A DNA stretch of 33,638 nt, from IMG/VR virus record IMGVR_UViG_3300037762_000068, positions 1 to 33,638 of that record; one strand, given 5' to 3'. Positions 8,043-17,568 of the stretch are shown here, one piece after another (the first letter of the stretch is position 1; each line of letters opens with the position of its first letter). Below the pieces are notes generated by a model, which did no database searches, was not told where the DNA came from, and saw only the letters and a program-made list of their open reading frames with translations. Both the position numbers and the translations under genes were made by a program. The stretch is from a virus (Duplodnaviria; Caudoviricetes).

Positions 8043-8453
8043 TCATCCGTACTTCCCGCGCCGTAGCCAATGGAACAGATTGAGTCCCACGACCGTGAGC
8101 GCAGCGACTGCGCCCGGCACCGGGTGCTCGATCACGTAATAGGCCGTCCACGCGAGGAGCAGGCTGAACCCAGCGGGCACCGCGTTCCACGAGCGGTACC
8201 ACGCGGTCCCCGGCTTCGCGGTCTGCGCGATCGCCTGCATGAGCTGAGAGAGCGTCTTCGCGACTTCCTGGCCCGTGTCGTTCCGCAGGTCGTAGGCGCC
8301 GACGAGCTCGAGCGGGAAGAACACCACGAGCACCCATAGCAGGTAGTCGCGGCGGATCTCGTCCGGCACCAAGGGCGTCCAGCCGACGAGTAGAGCGAGG
8401 CACCATGCGATCCAGCCGATGCCCCAGAGGGTGACGATCTTGATGGTGGTCAC
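8043..8453 (-). CDS. Multi-pass membrane protein, holin-like
   Basis: GTGA overlap with the endolysin stop; about 4 hydrophobic segments; basic C-terminus. Confidence 0.65.
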   Translation of the reverse strand: MTTIKIVTLWGIGWIAWCLALLVGWTPLVPDEIRRDYLLWVLVVFFPLELVGAYDLRNDTGQEVAKTLSQLMQAIAQTAKPGTAWYRSWNAVPAGFSLLLAWTAYYVIEHPVPGAVAALTVVGLNLFHWLRRGKYG

Positions 8454-8971
8454 GGTAGCTGCACCTTTGTCCGTAGGTGGAGGACGCGTAGCACCCACCC
8501 GCGGAAGAACTTACGCCGTGGGTCCTCGGCCTTGGCAGTGATCTCACGGTAGAACTCGAGTCGGCCCCAAAGCAGATCGTTGGCCAACTTCACGGGATCC
8601 GCCGCACGGATCGCGGTCTGCGTCTGCGGTCCTATCGCTCCGTCGTCTCGAACGTGGAGCGCGCGCTGTAAGATCCGCGCGGCATTGTAGGGCCCATGAT
8701 TCACCGCGCCATCGAAGTGGACGAGCGAGGCCGGCCACGCCATCGCGTCTGCCTGCGAGCCTCGCCAGTAATCGCGCAGGTAGGTGTCGCCCACTTCCTC
8801 GCGCGTGATGTACTTCACCGCGGCCCTTGGCTTGCCGATCGACGCCCGGAATGCGTCATAGGTCTTCTGAGTGATCCCGAAGTTGGTGGCACCGCCCGGG
8901 TCGTCCGGGTCGTCCACGTATCCGCCCTCAGCCTCCAGGATGATCGGCAGCGCGCGTGTGAAGTCGCTCAC
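8450..8971 (-). CDS. Endolysin, glycoside hydrolase family 108 with C-terminal peptidoglycan-binding domain
   Basis: EGGYVDDPDDPGGATNFGIT; FDGAVNHG; LQRAL...DG.IGP.T; F.RGW..R. Confidence 0.93.
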   Translation of the reverse strand: MSDFTRALPIILEAEGGYVDDPDDPGGATNFGITQKTYDAFRASIGKPRAAVKYITREEVGDTYLRDYWRGSQADAMAWPASLVHFDGAVNHGPYNAARILQRALHVRDDGAIGPQTQTAIRAADPVKLANDLLWGRLEFYREITAKAEDPRRKFFRGWVLRVLHLRTKVQLP

Positions 8972-9330
8972 GTTGGCGGCCTCGGTCTCGGGTCGGGTTC
9001 GTCCTCGGTCGTCAGCCCCTTCGGTGTCCGCTGCTCCGGCGTCACGTCCGGCAGGAACGGCAGCAGGTTTCGTAGCTCGTGGATCAGGTCCCTCGTCAGC
9101 AGCGGCTCGATCAGGTATGCGCCCGCCGTCGCGAGGCCCGCCGAGCCACCGCCGAGGAAGATCAGCAGCATCCCGACGCTTCTCTCGCCGGCCAGGTAGG
9201 CCGAGGCCGCCGCCCAGAGCACGAGCAAAAGCCCGAAGCAGCCGATCCCTGCAAGCACGTAGCCGAGCACCGTGTACGCCCATCTACGCTCCCGTGCGGT
9301 GTGACCCGCGAGCATCCGCGGCGGCTTCAT
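8968..9330 (-). CDS. Putative holin (2 TM)
   Basis: Two hydrophobic segments; coupled to endolysin. Confidence 0.65.
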   Translation of the reverse strand: MKPPRMLAGHTARERRWAYTVLGYVLAGIGCFGLLLVLWAAASAYLAGERSVGMLLIFLGGGSAGLATAGAYLIEPLLTRDLIHELRNLLPFLPDVTPEQRTPKGLTTEDEPDPRPRPPT

Positions 9331-9599
9331 GGACGTGGCTCCGCCCGACGTTCAGCGGCTTTCTCAAGCCGACCAATCAGCCCGACATGCGACTGCTGGA
9401 TGGTGTCGATGCGGATGATGTCGCCCGTGTTCTTGCCGACCTTGGTCGTCACTTCCGTGAGCTTCGCGTCCAGGCCCTTGCACGTCTGGTCCACGCTCTT
9501 GAGCCGCGCGAACAGCACGGCAAAGCCCGCGCCACCGGGCCCGAGTACCACGAGCCCGAGGGCCACGAGCGCCTGCACCGCACTGAGTTGTCCTTCCAT
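9327..9599 (-). CDS. Single-TM coiled-coil protein (lysis region)
   Basis: N-terminal TM; coupled to the next gene. Confidence 0.7.
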   Translation of the reverse strand: MEGQLSAVQALVALGLVVLGPGGAGFAVLFARLKSVDQTCKGLDAKLTEVTTKVGKNTGDIIRIDTIQQSHVGLIGRLEKAAERRAEPRP

Positions 9600-9633
9600 T
9601 ATGCAGTCTCCTGCGGGGGAGCAGGGGAATGGG

Positions 9634-11199
9634 TCAGATGTTCACGTACTCGGCGAGGTCGGACCGGAGGTCGATGCTGTCGCCCGCGTCCGCGCACTCA
9701 CCCGTGATCGTGATGTCCAGGGCACCAGTCGTGTCTTGCGCGGCTGTCGAGATGTCTATGCGGATCGTGTCGTTGTCAGACGAGATCCGGTAAAGGGCGA
9801 CCTGCGCCGAAGCGCTCGCGTTGTTCGCGATGACGAAGTCCAGCCAGAGGTCACCGGCGTTCGTGTACACCTCGTTGACGAGTGTCGTGGCGCCGAACTT
9901 CACCTTGATCGTCTTGTCGCCGGCTACGCCCGTGCGTCGGAACATGCACGTCAGGCGCACGCCCCCGTCTGTCCCGAGCGCATTCGCCGGCACGGTGATG
10001 GTCTCTAGCAGATCCTCGCCCGTGCCGGACGTGGCGCGCGAGGTGACGTCGAGGTGCAGGGCACTATTGATGGCGATCTCGGGCCGCCCATCCGCGTCCT
10101 CGCCGACAGTTACTCCCGCTCCCGTGAAGATCACTCGGTCACCGAACCGCACAGTGCTAGGACTGCCAGAGTGCGCGACCCTGCCGCCGGTCGAGCCGGT
10201 CTCACCATAGGGCTCGAGGAGGCGCGCGATCGTCGGCCCCGGGTCCCCGGCCCCAGCCTCACCGCCAGTGGCGTCGTAGGGAGTGACGTAGACCGTCGGC
10301 GGGTCGTCGAAGTTGAAGACTACCGCATCGCCCTGCTGGGCACGTAGCAGGTAGATCTCGCCGTCAGCGCTGATGTCGACGTCGTCCTCGGCGACAATGA
10401 TTGGAGGGCCGTCGTCGCGTTCCGCCTCCCAATGGACTGATGCCACGTCGGCGCCAAGCTGTACGTCGAGGTAGAGGTCGTAGGTGGATATCTGGGCGCC
10501 GAGGTGTGTGTGGTCTGATACCGGTACCCACCGCAGGTTCGAGGACTTGATGATGTTCTCGGAGCTCAACTCGACGTGCTCGATGCGCTCCTGGAGCTCG
10601 CCGGAGTCGTCTTCCCATTGCACGCGGAACTTGAGCGACGCGCGCCCGGTCGTGCCGAAGCTCACTGCCTCCGTGCGGACGAGCTCGGCGTCTACGCCCT
10701 CGTCGCCCGTGTCCGTGTCCCATGTCAATAGCCACGTACCTCCGTAGGCCCCGACGCCCGTGCGCGTCTGGAACGCGATATCGGCCGCGGCGCCCTTGAT
10801 GCGCCGGTCGGGGTCGGTGACGGTGACCGTGACGCTGAACGAGGAGCTTCCCACCGTCTCCTCTACGGCGATGCTCGGGTCCCGGAGCTTCGGCACGTTC
10901 GGCAGCACGCTCGGGATGCTCGTCGCCGTCACGGGCCCGACCCAGTGCGTCCAGTCGCCGGTTTCGCCCGAGGCGCTGATGTGGCGGATCCGGTAGTGCT
11001 TGATCCCGCCCGTCAGGTCTACGTAGGTGCGCGTGCCCGGCGCGACCACGTCGATGATCTCGGCCGAACCGGTGTCGGGGGCACCGGCGCCGTCGTCCGG
11101 CGCGCGCTGGATCTCCATGGCGAGTTCGTTGCTCGCCGGGTAGAGCGCGAGCGCGACGCCGAAGCGGCGCAGGCGGACGTCGAACGGGAAGGTTGCCAT
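9634..11199 (-). CDS. Tail-associated/receptor-binding structural protein
   Basis: 521 aa, acidic and beta-rich, at the end of the tail module. Confidence 0.7.
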   Translation of the reverse strand: MATFPFDVRLRRFGVALALYPASNELAMEIQRAPDDGAGAPDTGSAEIIDVVAPGTRTYVDLTGGIKHYRIRHISASGETGDWTHWVGPVTATSIPSVLPNVPKLRDPSIAVEETVGSSSFSVTVTVTDPDRRIKGAAADIAFQTRTGVGAYGGTWLLTWDTDTGDEGVDAELVRTEAVSFGTTGRASLKFRVQWEDDSGELQERIEHVELSSENIIKSSNLRWVPVSDHTHLGAQISTYDLYLDVQLGADVASVHWEAERDDGPPIIVAEDDVDISADGEIYLLRAQQGDAVVFNFDDPPTVYVTPYDATGGEAGAGDPGPTIARLLEPYGETGSTGGRVAHSGSPSTVRFGDRVIFTGAGVTVGEDADGRPEIAINSALHLDVTSRATSGTGEDLLETITVPANALGTDGGVRLTCMFRRTGVAGDKTIKVKFGATTLVNEVYTNAGDLWLDFVIANNASASAQVALYRISSDNDTIRIDISTAAQDTTGALDITITGECADAGDSIDLRSDLAEYVNI

Positions 11200-11226
11200 C
11201 TACCGCCCGCCCCCTGATAGTACGGC

Positions 11227-11622
11227 ATGAGAAGTCACCCGTGGGGTCGCCGCATTGTTATCCTCGTGCTCACCCTCGCCGCCTGTACCGACCCAGTGGC
11301 CCCGGTGCCGGTCGACCTCACCGGGCAGTGGGCTGGCTGGACCGAAGAGCCCGACAGCGTCTTCGTGTCGCTCACGCTCGAGGACGACGCGGGGAACGTG
11401 AGCGGGTCTGGGGTCCTGCTCCTCGATGACATGGCGTTTCAGACAAGCATCGCGGGCACCTACGACGGCAGCGCGGTGGCCCTGCTCATCGCCGCGCCCT
11501 CGTGGCTCCGGGGAAGCCCAGAGTTGTTCGCGGGAACCGTCGCGGCCGATGAAGTGATCGGACGCCTCCGGAATCTGGCGAGCGGTAAGACGCAACCGCT
11601 GAGGCTCGCGCGGTTGGAGTAA
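11227..11622 (+). CDS. Lipoprotein (counter-oriented moron)
   Basis: Signal peptide with LAAC lipobox; beta-rich; fills the gap between two minus-strand genes. Confidence 0.8.
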   Translation: MRSHPWGRRIVILVLTLAACTDPVAPVPVDLTGQWAGWTEEPDSVFVSLTLEDDAGNVSGSGVLLLDDMAFQTSIAGTYDGSAVALLIAAPSWLRGSPELFAGTVAADEVIGRLRNLASGKTQPLRLARLE

Positions 11623-11636
11623 AGTGTAGGCTGCCA

Positions 11637-14600
11637 TCAGGCGCCCACCAGGATGCGCAGGCCCTCGGGCTTCGGGACCGCCTCGGCCGTGCCCGTGGTC
11701 GTGAACCCGTCGGTCGCCCGCGCGGACTCGCCGCCGTAGCCGTCGATGTGCTTCACGCCCGCGGTGTAGGCGGTCGAAAGCGTGAGCCCTCGGAGCTTGT
11801 ACGACGTGGTGCCGTTGGCGAGCCTCACGCGCTCGGTCCCGTCGAGGTCGAGCACGAGATCAAAGTCGGCTTCGCCGTTGGTCCACGAGACCGTGGCCAC
11901 GTCGCCGGCAACGTCCGAATCCGCGACGCCGCTCGGTGCGGTGAGCGCGGTCGTCGCCTGCGAGTCGGCGGCCGACCAGTCGCCAGTGATCCGCCCGACG
12001 CCCGTAGCCCGGACGCGCGCCCACACGGTCGAGCCGGACGGGATGCGCCGGATCGTGACCGTCTCAGCCTGCGTGCCCCGGATCGTGCGGTACTGCCAGA
12101 GCGGCGAACCCTCGGCTGGCTCGCTCGCGTTGACCGCGACATGCAGCTCGTAGCCGTCCGCGCCGGTGGGGAGTGTGCCGACGGTCGCGTCGATGGCTGT
12201 GTGGTCGTCGTTCGCGTTCGCGGCGAGCGTGACCGTGAGCGTCCCGAGCGGCTGGCTGTTCGGGCCCGCCTCGAGGAACTCGAACTCAGGGCCCGCCGGC
12301 GTGTCGACGCGACTCATCACCTGGACGAGCCGCTTGCCGCTCCGGCTCTGGTTCTGGAGCGCCGGGTAGGAATCGAGGTCGAGGATGCACCAGTCGCCCG
12401 CGACGACGCTCTCGGTGGTCGAATTGCCCGGGCCGTCCGAGAGAACTGGCCCGTCGCCGAACCGCTCGAACAGCTCGGACGAGACCTGGCGCGCGAACAT
12501 CGCGCGATCTGCGCTCCGGTGGACGCCGCGCACCTTGACGGTGTGGACCATGCGGCCCGCCGTCGTGACGTTGTCGTGCTCGCGCGTGACCCGGGCGGTC
12601 GCGTCCACGAGCCCATCGAGGCGCTTCAGGTCGCGGGGCTCGTCACTTGCCTGAGCGGCGCGGGTGTAGCGGAACTCCGTCTCGACGACCGTGACCTGCT
12701 CGCGCCCTTGGTTGTGCCAGCCAGGATGCGGGAGCGCGAGATTCGCAGCCGTGAACTCGAACAGCGCATCCGGGTCCGCCACCTGGTCGGTTGCGGGCTG
12801 GCGCGAGTAGCGGGGCGCGATCTCGCCGTCGGCGTTGATGAACGGGGTCACCCCGAGCGGGCCGTAGATGTTCTCGTCGAGCCACTCACCCATGGTCGCC
12901 GGGCCATCCGGATCGAAGTGCATCTTCGGGAAACGCGGGTTGTCGATCAGACCGTCCGGGTTCGTGCTCGGATCGTAGGCCGTGAACGCCGCGGTCTCGT
13001 AGCGCACCGTCTGCGGGTTAGCCGCGTCCTGATAGGTGCCGTCGTAGATCTGCTTGACGAGCGTGAACGGGTCGACGCCGTTCTGCCCGCCGATGTGCAG
13101 CCGCAGCTCCTCGGTCGGGTCGTGCGTCAGCATGTGGAAGTAGACCTCGACTGCGGCGCCCACGCCGCCGGGGTCCTGGTATCCGCTGACGCGGAAGCGC
13201 CTGATGCGGCGAGGATCACCGCCCGTACCGAGGTAGCGGAGCGGGCTCGGGCCGGCGCCGCCATTGAACGCCTCGATCTCGCGGTCCGTGCCGTCGATGC
13301 TCGCCCGCAGGTGCGTGAAGTTGCCCTGGTTCGGGCCGGGATCGTCGACGACATCGGCCTCCATGAGATCGAAGCCGGCCGGGGTGACGCGCGCCGGGTC
13401 GCCGATCACTTCGTTCTCGCGCCGGTCGTCCGACTGCGTGATGTCGTACACGGTCGCGTCGTTGCCAGCGTCGACGGACTGCACCACGTACCGCGCGGGA
13501 GCCGGCGGCTGGAAGTCGAGCCACGCAGCGTTCAGCCCGGCGGGAGCCAGCCTCGTCGTGTTCGAGCCCTCGAAGATCGTGGTCGTGCGCTCGATCAGCC
13601 GCTCGTCCTGGTGCGTCAGCCGGAAGGCCGCGACATCCACCATCTCGACGTCGTCGATGCGCGCGGTCGCGAGCACCGTGTAGAACGATCCGCCGTCGGT
13701 GGATACGCTGATGTCGGCAAGCCGCCGGAGGAGCTGCGCGCGACCGTCCCCGCCCGCGAGGATCGCGGTAACGGCTTCGCCCACGTCCGCGATCTCGATG
13801 GACCAGGGCCGTGAACTCGTGCCGCTGCGCTTCGGGTAGACGCGCTGCCCGCCGACCGGTCCCACGTCCGCAATCTCGGCGTCGAACGTGTACGCGACGC
13901 TGCCCTCTACTGCGCTCGCGCCCGCGTCAGCGATGCGGTAGCGGTAGGTCTTCGGGATGGCGCTCGCGTCCGAGCTGGCCTCGTAGGTGTCGCCGCCCCA
14001 GATGCCAGCAGGCGCGCTCGGCGTGAGGATCGGCGTCAGCGCCACGTCCGCGGAGTCCGTCACCACGACGGCTACGGCGTCGCTCGGCCACACCTCTAGC
14101 AGATCGACGCTGGCCGTCCCCCCCGACTCCGTGGCCTCTGCCAGCACAACGTCATCCGCGTCGAGCACCTTGAGCTTGTTGCCGGCGGCGAGCCCGCTGC
14201 ACGTCACGACCTTGTCCGTCGCCTCGTAGTACTCCCGCGCGCGTACCGACTGACCGGCACTGGTCTGGTTGCCGCCGACGCCGCCGCGTCCCTCGGTTTC
14301 CACCAGGTCCGCGGTCAGCGTGTTTCGTAGATCGTCGTCGAATCCGTAGCCTTCGAGCGTCGTCGCGCCGTCGCGGAATACGGACAGTTTCGTGTACGTC
14401 AGGTTCGCAACGTCCAGGACGCCGTCCTGACTCGCGATCGCCACGACGGAATTGGCAACGCGCTCGACGAGCGTGACAGCTCTCGTCGCAGCGGTAGCGC
14501 CGTTGAATCGCTTGCCGGCGTAGCTGAAGTTCGAGTTATCGACGAGGTGCGCTGCTACGACGCCGTGATTGTTCTCGCTCCCGACGCGCGTGACCAGCGC

Positions 14601-14822
14601 GTGGACCATGATCTTCCCGCGCTCGGCCTGCGCGTCGTGCCGCAGGAAGCCGAACGCGGTCGCCGTGCCGATCGTGCATTGCAGGTCGCCGCTGGAGAGC
14701 GATTCGGTGGCGTTGGTCGGCGTCCAGTCGTCCAGGTCGAACGGATCGGTGGCGTCGTTGGCGACGTAGCGCGTGAGCTTGCCCGTAGTGAGCCGCTCCA
14801 CCTGGGTCGGGGTGAGCGTCAC
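11637..14822 (-). CDS. Large tail tip/central fibre protein with C-terminal FN3-like domains
   Basis: 1061 aa; W..RVRA...G..GDWS and SYKLRGL...TAY..GV FN3 patterns. Confidence 0.8.
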   Translation of the reverse strand: MTLTPTQVERLTTGKLTRYVANDATDPFDLDDWTPTNATESLSSGDLQCTIGTATAFGFLRHDAQAERGKIMVHALVTRVGSENNHGVVAAHLVDNSNFSYAGKRFNGATAATRAVTLVERVANSVVAIASQDGVLDVANLTYTKLSVFRDGATTLEGYGFDDDLRNTLTADLVETEGRGGVGGNQTSAGQSVRAREYYEATDKVVTCSGLAAGNKLKVLDADDVVLAEATESGGTASVDLLEVWPSDAVAVVVTDSADVALTPILTPSAPAGIWGGDTYEASSDASAIPKTYRYRIADAGASAVEGSVAYTFDAEIADVGPVGGQRVYPKRSGTSSRPWSIEIADVGEAVTAILAGGDGRAQLLRRLADISVSTDGGSFYTVLATARIDDVEMVDVAAFRLTHQDERLIERTTTIFEGSNTTRLAPAGLNAAWLDFQPPAPARYVVQSVDAGNDATVYDITQSDDRRENEVIGDPARVTPAGFDLMEADVVDDPGPNQGNFTHLRASIDGTDREIEAFNGGAGPSPLRYLGTGGDPRRIRRFRVSGYQDPGGVGAAVEVYFHMLTHDPTEELRLHIGGQNGVDPFTLVKQIYDGTYQDAANPQTVRYETAAFTAYDPSTNPDGLIDNPRFPKMHFDPDGPATMGEWLDENIYGPLGVTPFINADGEIAPRYSRQPATDQVADPDALFEFTAANLALPHPGWHNQGREQVTVVETEFRYTRAAQASDEPRDLKRLDGLVDATARVTREHDNVTTAGRMVHTVKVRGVHRSADRAMFARQVSSELFERFGDGPVLSDGPGNSTTESVVAGDWCILDLDSYPALQNQSRSGKRLVQVMSRVDTPAGPEFEFLEAGPNSQPLGTLTVTLAANANDDHTAIDATVGTLPTGADGYELHVAVNASEPAEGSPLWQYRTIRGTQAETVTIRRIPSGSTVWARVRATGVGRITGDWSAADSQATTALTAPSGVADSDVAGDVATVSWTNGEADFDLVLDLDGTERVRLANGTTSYKLRGLTLSTAYTAGVKHIDGYGGESARATDGFTTTGTAEAVPKPEGLRILVGA

Positions 14823-15118
14823 CTAGGCTCTTCCTCGACCGGCCCCTCGGCGAGCGTGCGAAGCTCGGCGGCCCGCGCTTCCAGCACTTCGGCCTCGGTG
14901 ATGTAGTCGGCGCCCCACTCGTCGATTACCGCCTCACGTGCGCGTGCGAGTCCGTCCGTGATGGCTGCTTGCACCGTTGCGTCCGCGAACAGATGCGCGA
15001 GCACGTAGGGCACGGCGTCCTGGGGCGTGCGGATCGTGCGCGACTCGGGCGGTTGAAGGCCCTTCACGGACTCGCCCAAGGCGGCGACGAACCAGGCGTT
15101 ATCGGTCGAGACGGTCAT
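14819..15118 (-). CDS. Small tail-region protein
   Basis: Coupled ORF between tail genes. Confidence 0.7.
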   Translation of the reverse strand: MTVSTDNAWFVAALGESVKGLQPPESRTIRTPQDAVPYVLAHLFADATVQAAITDGLARAREAVIDEWGADYITEAEVLEARAAELRTLAEGPVEEEPR

Positions 15119-15130
15119 GGATACGCTCCA

Positions 15131-16855
15131 TCAGTTGTGCGCGAGCCTCGACATCTCGGCCATCGTCTGCACGCCCGGTGCGGCGAGGAACGGGACGATC
15201 ATCTCGGAGAAGCCGGCGTTGGCCCCCGCCGGGTCGGCGCCGACGGTGACGGTATCTGCTGACCAGTCATCGGGGAGGGTGGCGCCGATAGTCCCGGCGC
15301 TCGCGCTCACCTCGGCGGCACCGTTGACCGACGTGTGCAGTTGGACCTTCCAGTCGCTCCCGTCGAGATAGACGACGACGCGGGTGCGGACGTGGTCGGA
15401 CAGCGCGACGGTATCCGCTGCCGCCGTGGACGTGGCCTCGGTGGTGCCGTCATCGAACGCCGCCACCGGCCGGCCGTTGCTGCCACTCGCGCCATAGAGG
15501 AGTAGCCGCGGGTCAGTGCCCGCCGCCGCACCGCCGAGTTGCCAGATCCGCGAGTCCGCGCCAGTGAACAGCGTCCCCCGCTCGATCCACTCCGAGTAGA
15601 ACGTCGCCCCACCCGCTGCCACGATGTCGGCAGGGCTGAAGTTGATGCTGTCTTGCAGGAAGTCGGCGTTACGCGTCGTGGCGTGGTAGCTGCTCGCGAA
15701 GTTGGCGTTGTCCTCCAGCATCGCGAAGCCGGCGAACAGACCGGAGGCGCCGTCGCCGGTGTAGTTCGCGGTTAAGTCGGCGGACGCCATTTGGCACATG
15801 CTAAGGATGCTCGTCGCGGCGTTGCCCACGGAACCCACGAGCACGCAGCGGTATAGGCCGGCGACGACAGCTGTCCAGTCCTCAATGTAGGCGCGCGCGG
15901 ACGTACCAGTGCCACCATCGCGCTCGGATCCTACCGCTCCCGTAGAGAGGTTGAAGAACGCGTCCACAAAGTTGGCTGGGCTGCCCGTGTCCTCTAGCCG
16001 TAGGTGCGCCCACGTCCGCGTACCCGCGATGTAGAAGCACGACAGCGCATAGTTCACATCGGCGGTTAGCGTCTTGGTCTGGCGCACACCGTGATTGGAA
16101 AGCGACGAATTCTCCACCAACTCGTCCAGCGTCGTGCCGCCCTCCGGGTCGCCGGCCTGATTCGCGGTCTGTGCCGACAGCCCCGTCGTCGCCCAGTCAC
16201 CATGCGTCAGGTCTTCGGGCTGCGTGAACTTGTTGACCCTCGCGCCCTCCAGCAGCGTAGACGGCACCAGCAACCCAGCTTCGTTCTCGACCCAATGCCC
16301 ATCACGCAGCGCACCCGATACAGCAGACGTCAGCACGCCGAGGTTGTTCTTGTAGTTCGCCGTCGTCGCGCGCGTGTGCGTCATGTCGGCGCCACGAGCC
16401 ATGCCACCCGAGTACTTGTACCACCAGGGGGAGAACAGGCGCTGGAGGCCCGTGCCCGATGCGGAGGCGTCGCGCCAGCGCACGCGGATCATGTACTCGC
16501 CGCCGCCGCTCGGGTCAGGACCCAAGTCTTGCGGCTCACCGATCAGCCACAGCGAGAACTTCTGCGAGCCCGCGAGGTGCTGGTAGTAGTCGACCACGAT
16601 ACCGTTGGCCGCGTCGTTCAGGAGCCGCATGAGGTTCTCGGCGTCCTTGTCGTAGCGCAGCGTCGCCTCGACTTCCTCGCGGCCTGCGCCGATGCTGATT
16701 ACTTCGCGGACCGACAAGTCGAGCGAGACGCGTTCCCACCGGTTCGTGCGCCGGGTAGCCGCTACCTGTAGCGCCATCGGACGCGCGAGGACGTGCGTCT
16801 TCTCGGTCTCGCCGGTCGGAACCCACCTAAAACCACTATTGCCCTTACGCGGCAT
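15131..16855 (-). CDS. Distal tail protein fused to carbohydrate-binding/fibre-like domains
   Basis: Position after tape measure; TRATTA.Y...G.L...LLEGAR.N...TRNAD fibre-type motifs. Confidence 0.7.
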   Translation of the reverse strand: MPRKGNSGFRWVPTGETEKTHVLARPMALQVAATRRTNRWERVSLDLSVREVISIGAGREEVEATLRYDKDAENLMRLLNDAANGIVVDYYQHLAGSQKFSLWLIGEPQDLGPDPSGGGEYMIRVRWRDASASGTGLQRLFSPWWYKYSGGMARGADMTHTRATTANYKNNLGVLTSAVSGALRDGHWVENEAGLLVPSTLLEGARVNKFTQPEDLTHGDWATTGLSAQTANQAGDPEGGTTLDELVENSSLSNHGVRQTKTLTADVNYALSCFYIAGTRTWAHLRLEDTGSPANFVDAFFNLSTGAVGSERDGGTGTSARAYIEDWTAVVAGLYRCVLVGSVGNAATSILSMCQMASADLTANYTGDGASGLFAGFAMLEDNANFASSYHATTRNADFLQDSINFSPADIVAAGGATFYSEWIERGTLFTGADSRIWQLGGAAAGTDPRLLLYGASGSNGRPVAAFDDGTTEATSTAAADTVALSDHVRTRVVVYLDGSDWKVQLHTSVNGAAEVSASAGTIGATLPDDWSADTVTVGADPAGANAGFSEMIVPFLAAPGVQTMAEMSRLAHN

Positions 16856-17567
16856 CGGTCCACTCCTCCATGGTCCGATTGCCCTTCTTGCTGTTACATA
16901 GGGCGCACAGCAGTTGGATATTGTCGGGCCAGTTGGAGCCGCCGCGACTCAGTGGCATGATGTGATCCACCGTCCAAGTCTCCCGGATGTCGCCCCCACA
17001 CCCATTGCAGGTGCCGCGCTGCTCCACGAGAAGCCGGCTAGTGTCGGCCTCAGTGAACTCACCCTCGGCATTTCTGCGACGCGCGCGAGCTCTGCGCCAA
17101 CTTGCCCTCACCCGTTCTGGGTTTGCCTTCACCCATCGCTTGTTGGTAGCCCGCTGCCGATCTTTGTTCTCCTGATGCCACTTGCGACAAGCCGCCAGGC
17201 GGGCCTCGCGGTTCTTGCTGCGCTTCTCAGCGTTATACGTGCTATCGCATGGGCGACAGTACGCCTCTAGTTGAGCGGTGCCCGGCCTAAACCTGAACGC
17301 GTCGGGCGGCTTTGTCTCCTTGCACCGCGCGCACCTCTTGGGGGTGTTTCGCGAATGCCGGGTGGGTTGCCACGAAATGCCGCGCAGCACCACCCTCTCC
17401 TCGCGGAGCACGCGGTAGATCACATTGTGACTCACGTCGTACAGTCGCGCGATCCGTGTCGGCGAAGCCTCGGCTCCGTAGAGCGCCACGATGTTGCGCC
17501 GATGGAGTGACGGGAACTCGACCCGAAGGCCGGGACGAACGCACGGCCACATAGTCGAAGCGGGCAT
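16845..17567 (-). CDS. HNH (homing-type) endonuclease with N-terminal HTH and zinc finger
   Basis: CARC...CRPC; CNGC...VDHIMPLSRGGSNWPDNIQLLCALCNSKK. Confidence 0.92.
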   Translation of the reverse strand: MPASTMWPCVRPGLRVEFPSLHRRNIVALYGAEASPTRIARLYDVSHNVIYRVLREERVVLRGISWQPTRHSRNTPKRCARCKETKPPDAFRFRPGTAQLEAYCRPCDSTYNAEKRSKNREARLAACRKWHQENKDRQRATNKRWVKANPERVRASWRRARARRRNAEGEFTEADTSRLLVEQRGTCNGCGGDIRETWTVDHIMPLSRGGSNWPDNIQLLCALCNSKKGNRTMEEWTDAA

Positions 17568-17568
17568 C

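Noticed and set aside
11748-13814. Long plus-strand ORFs (also 4433-5845, 26435-27889, 18287-19306)
   Set aside because: They are antisense shadows of well-supported genes in high-GC DNA.
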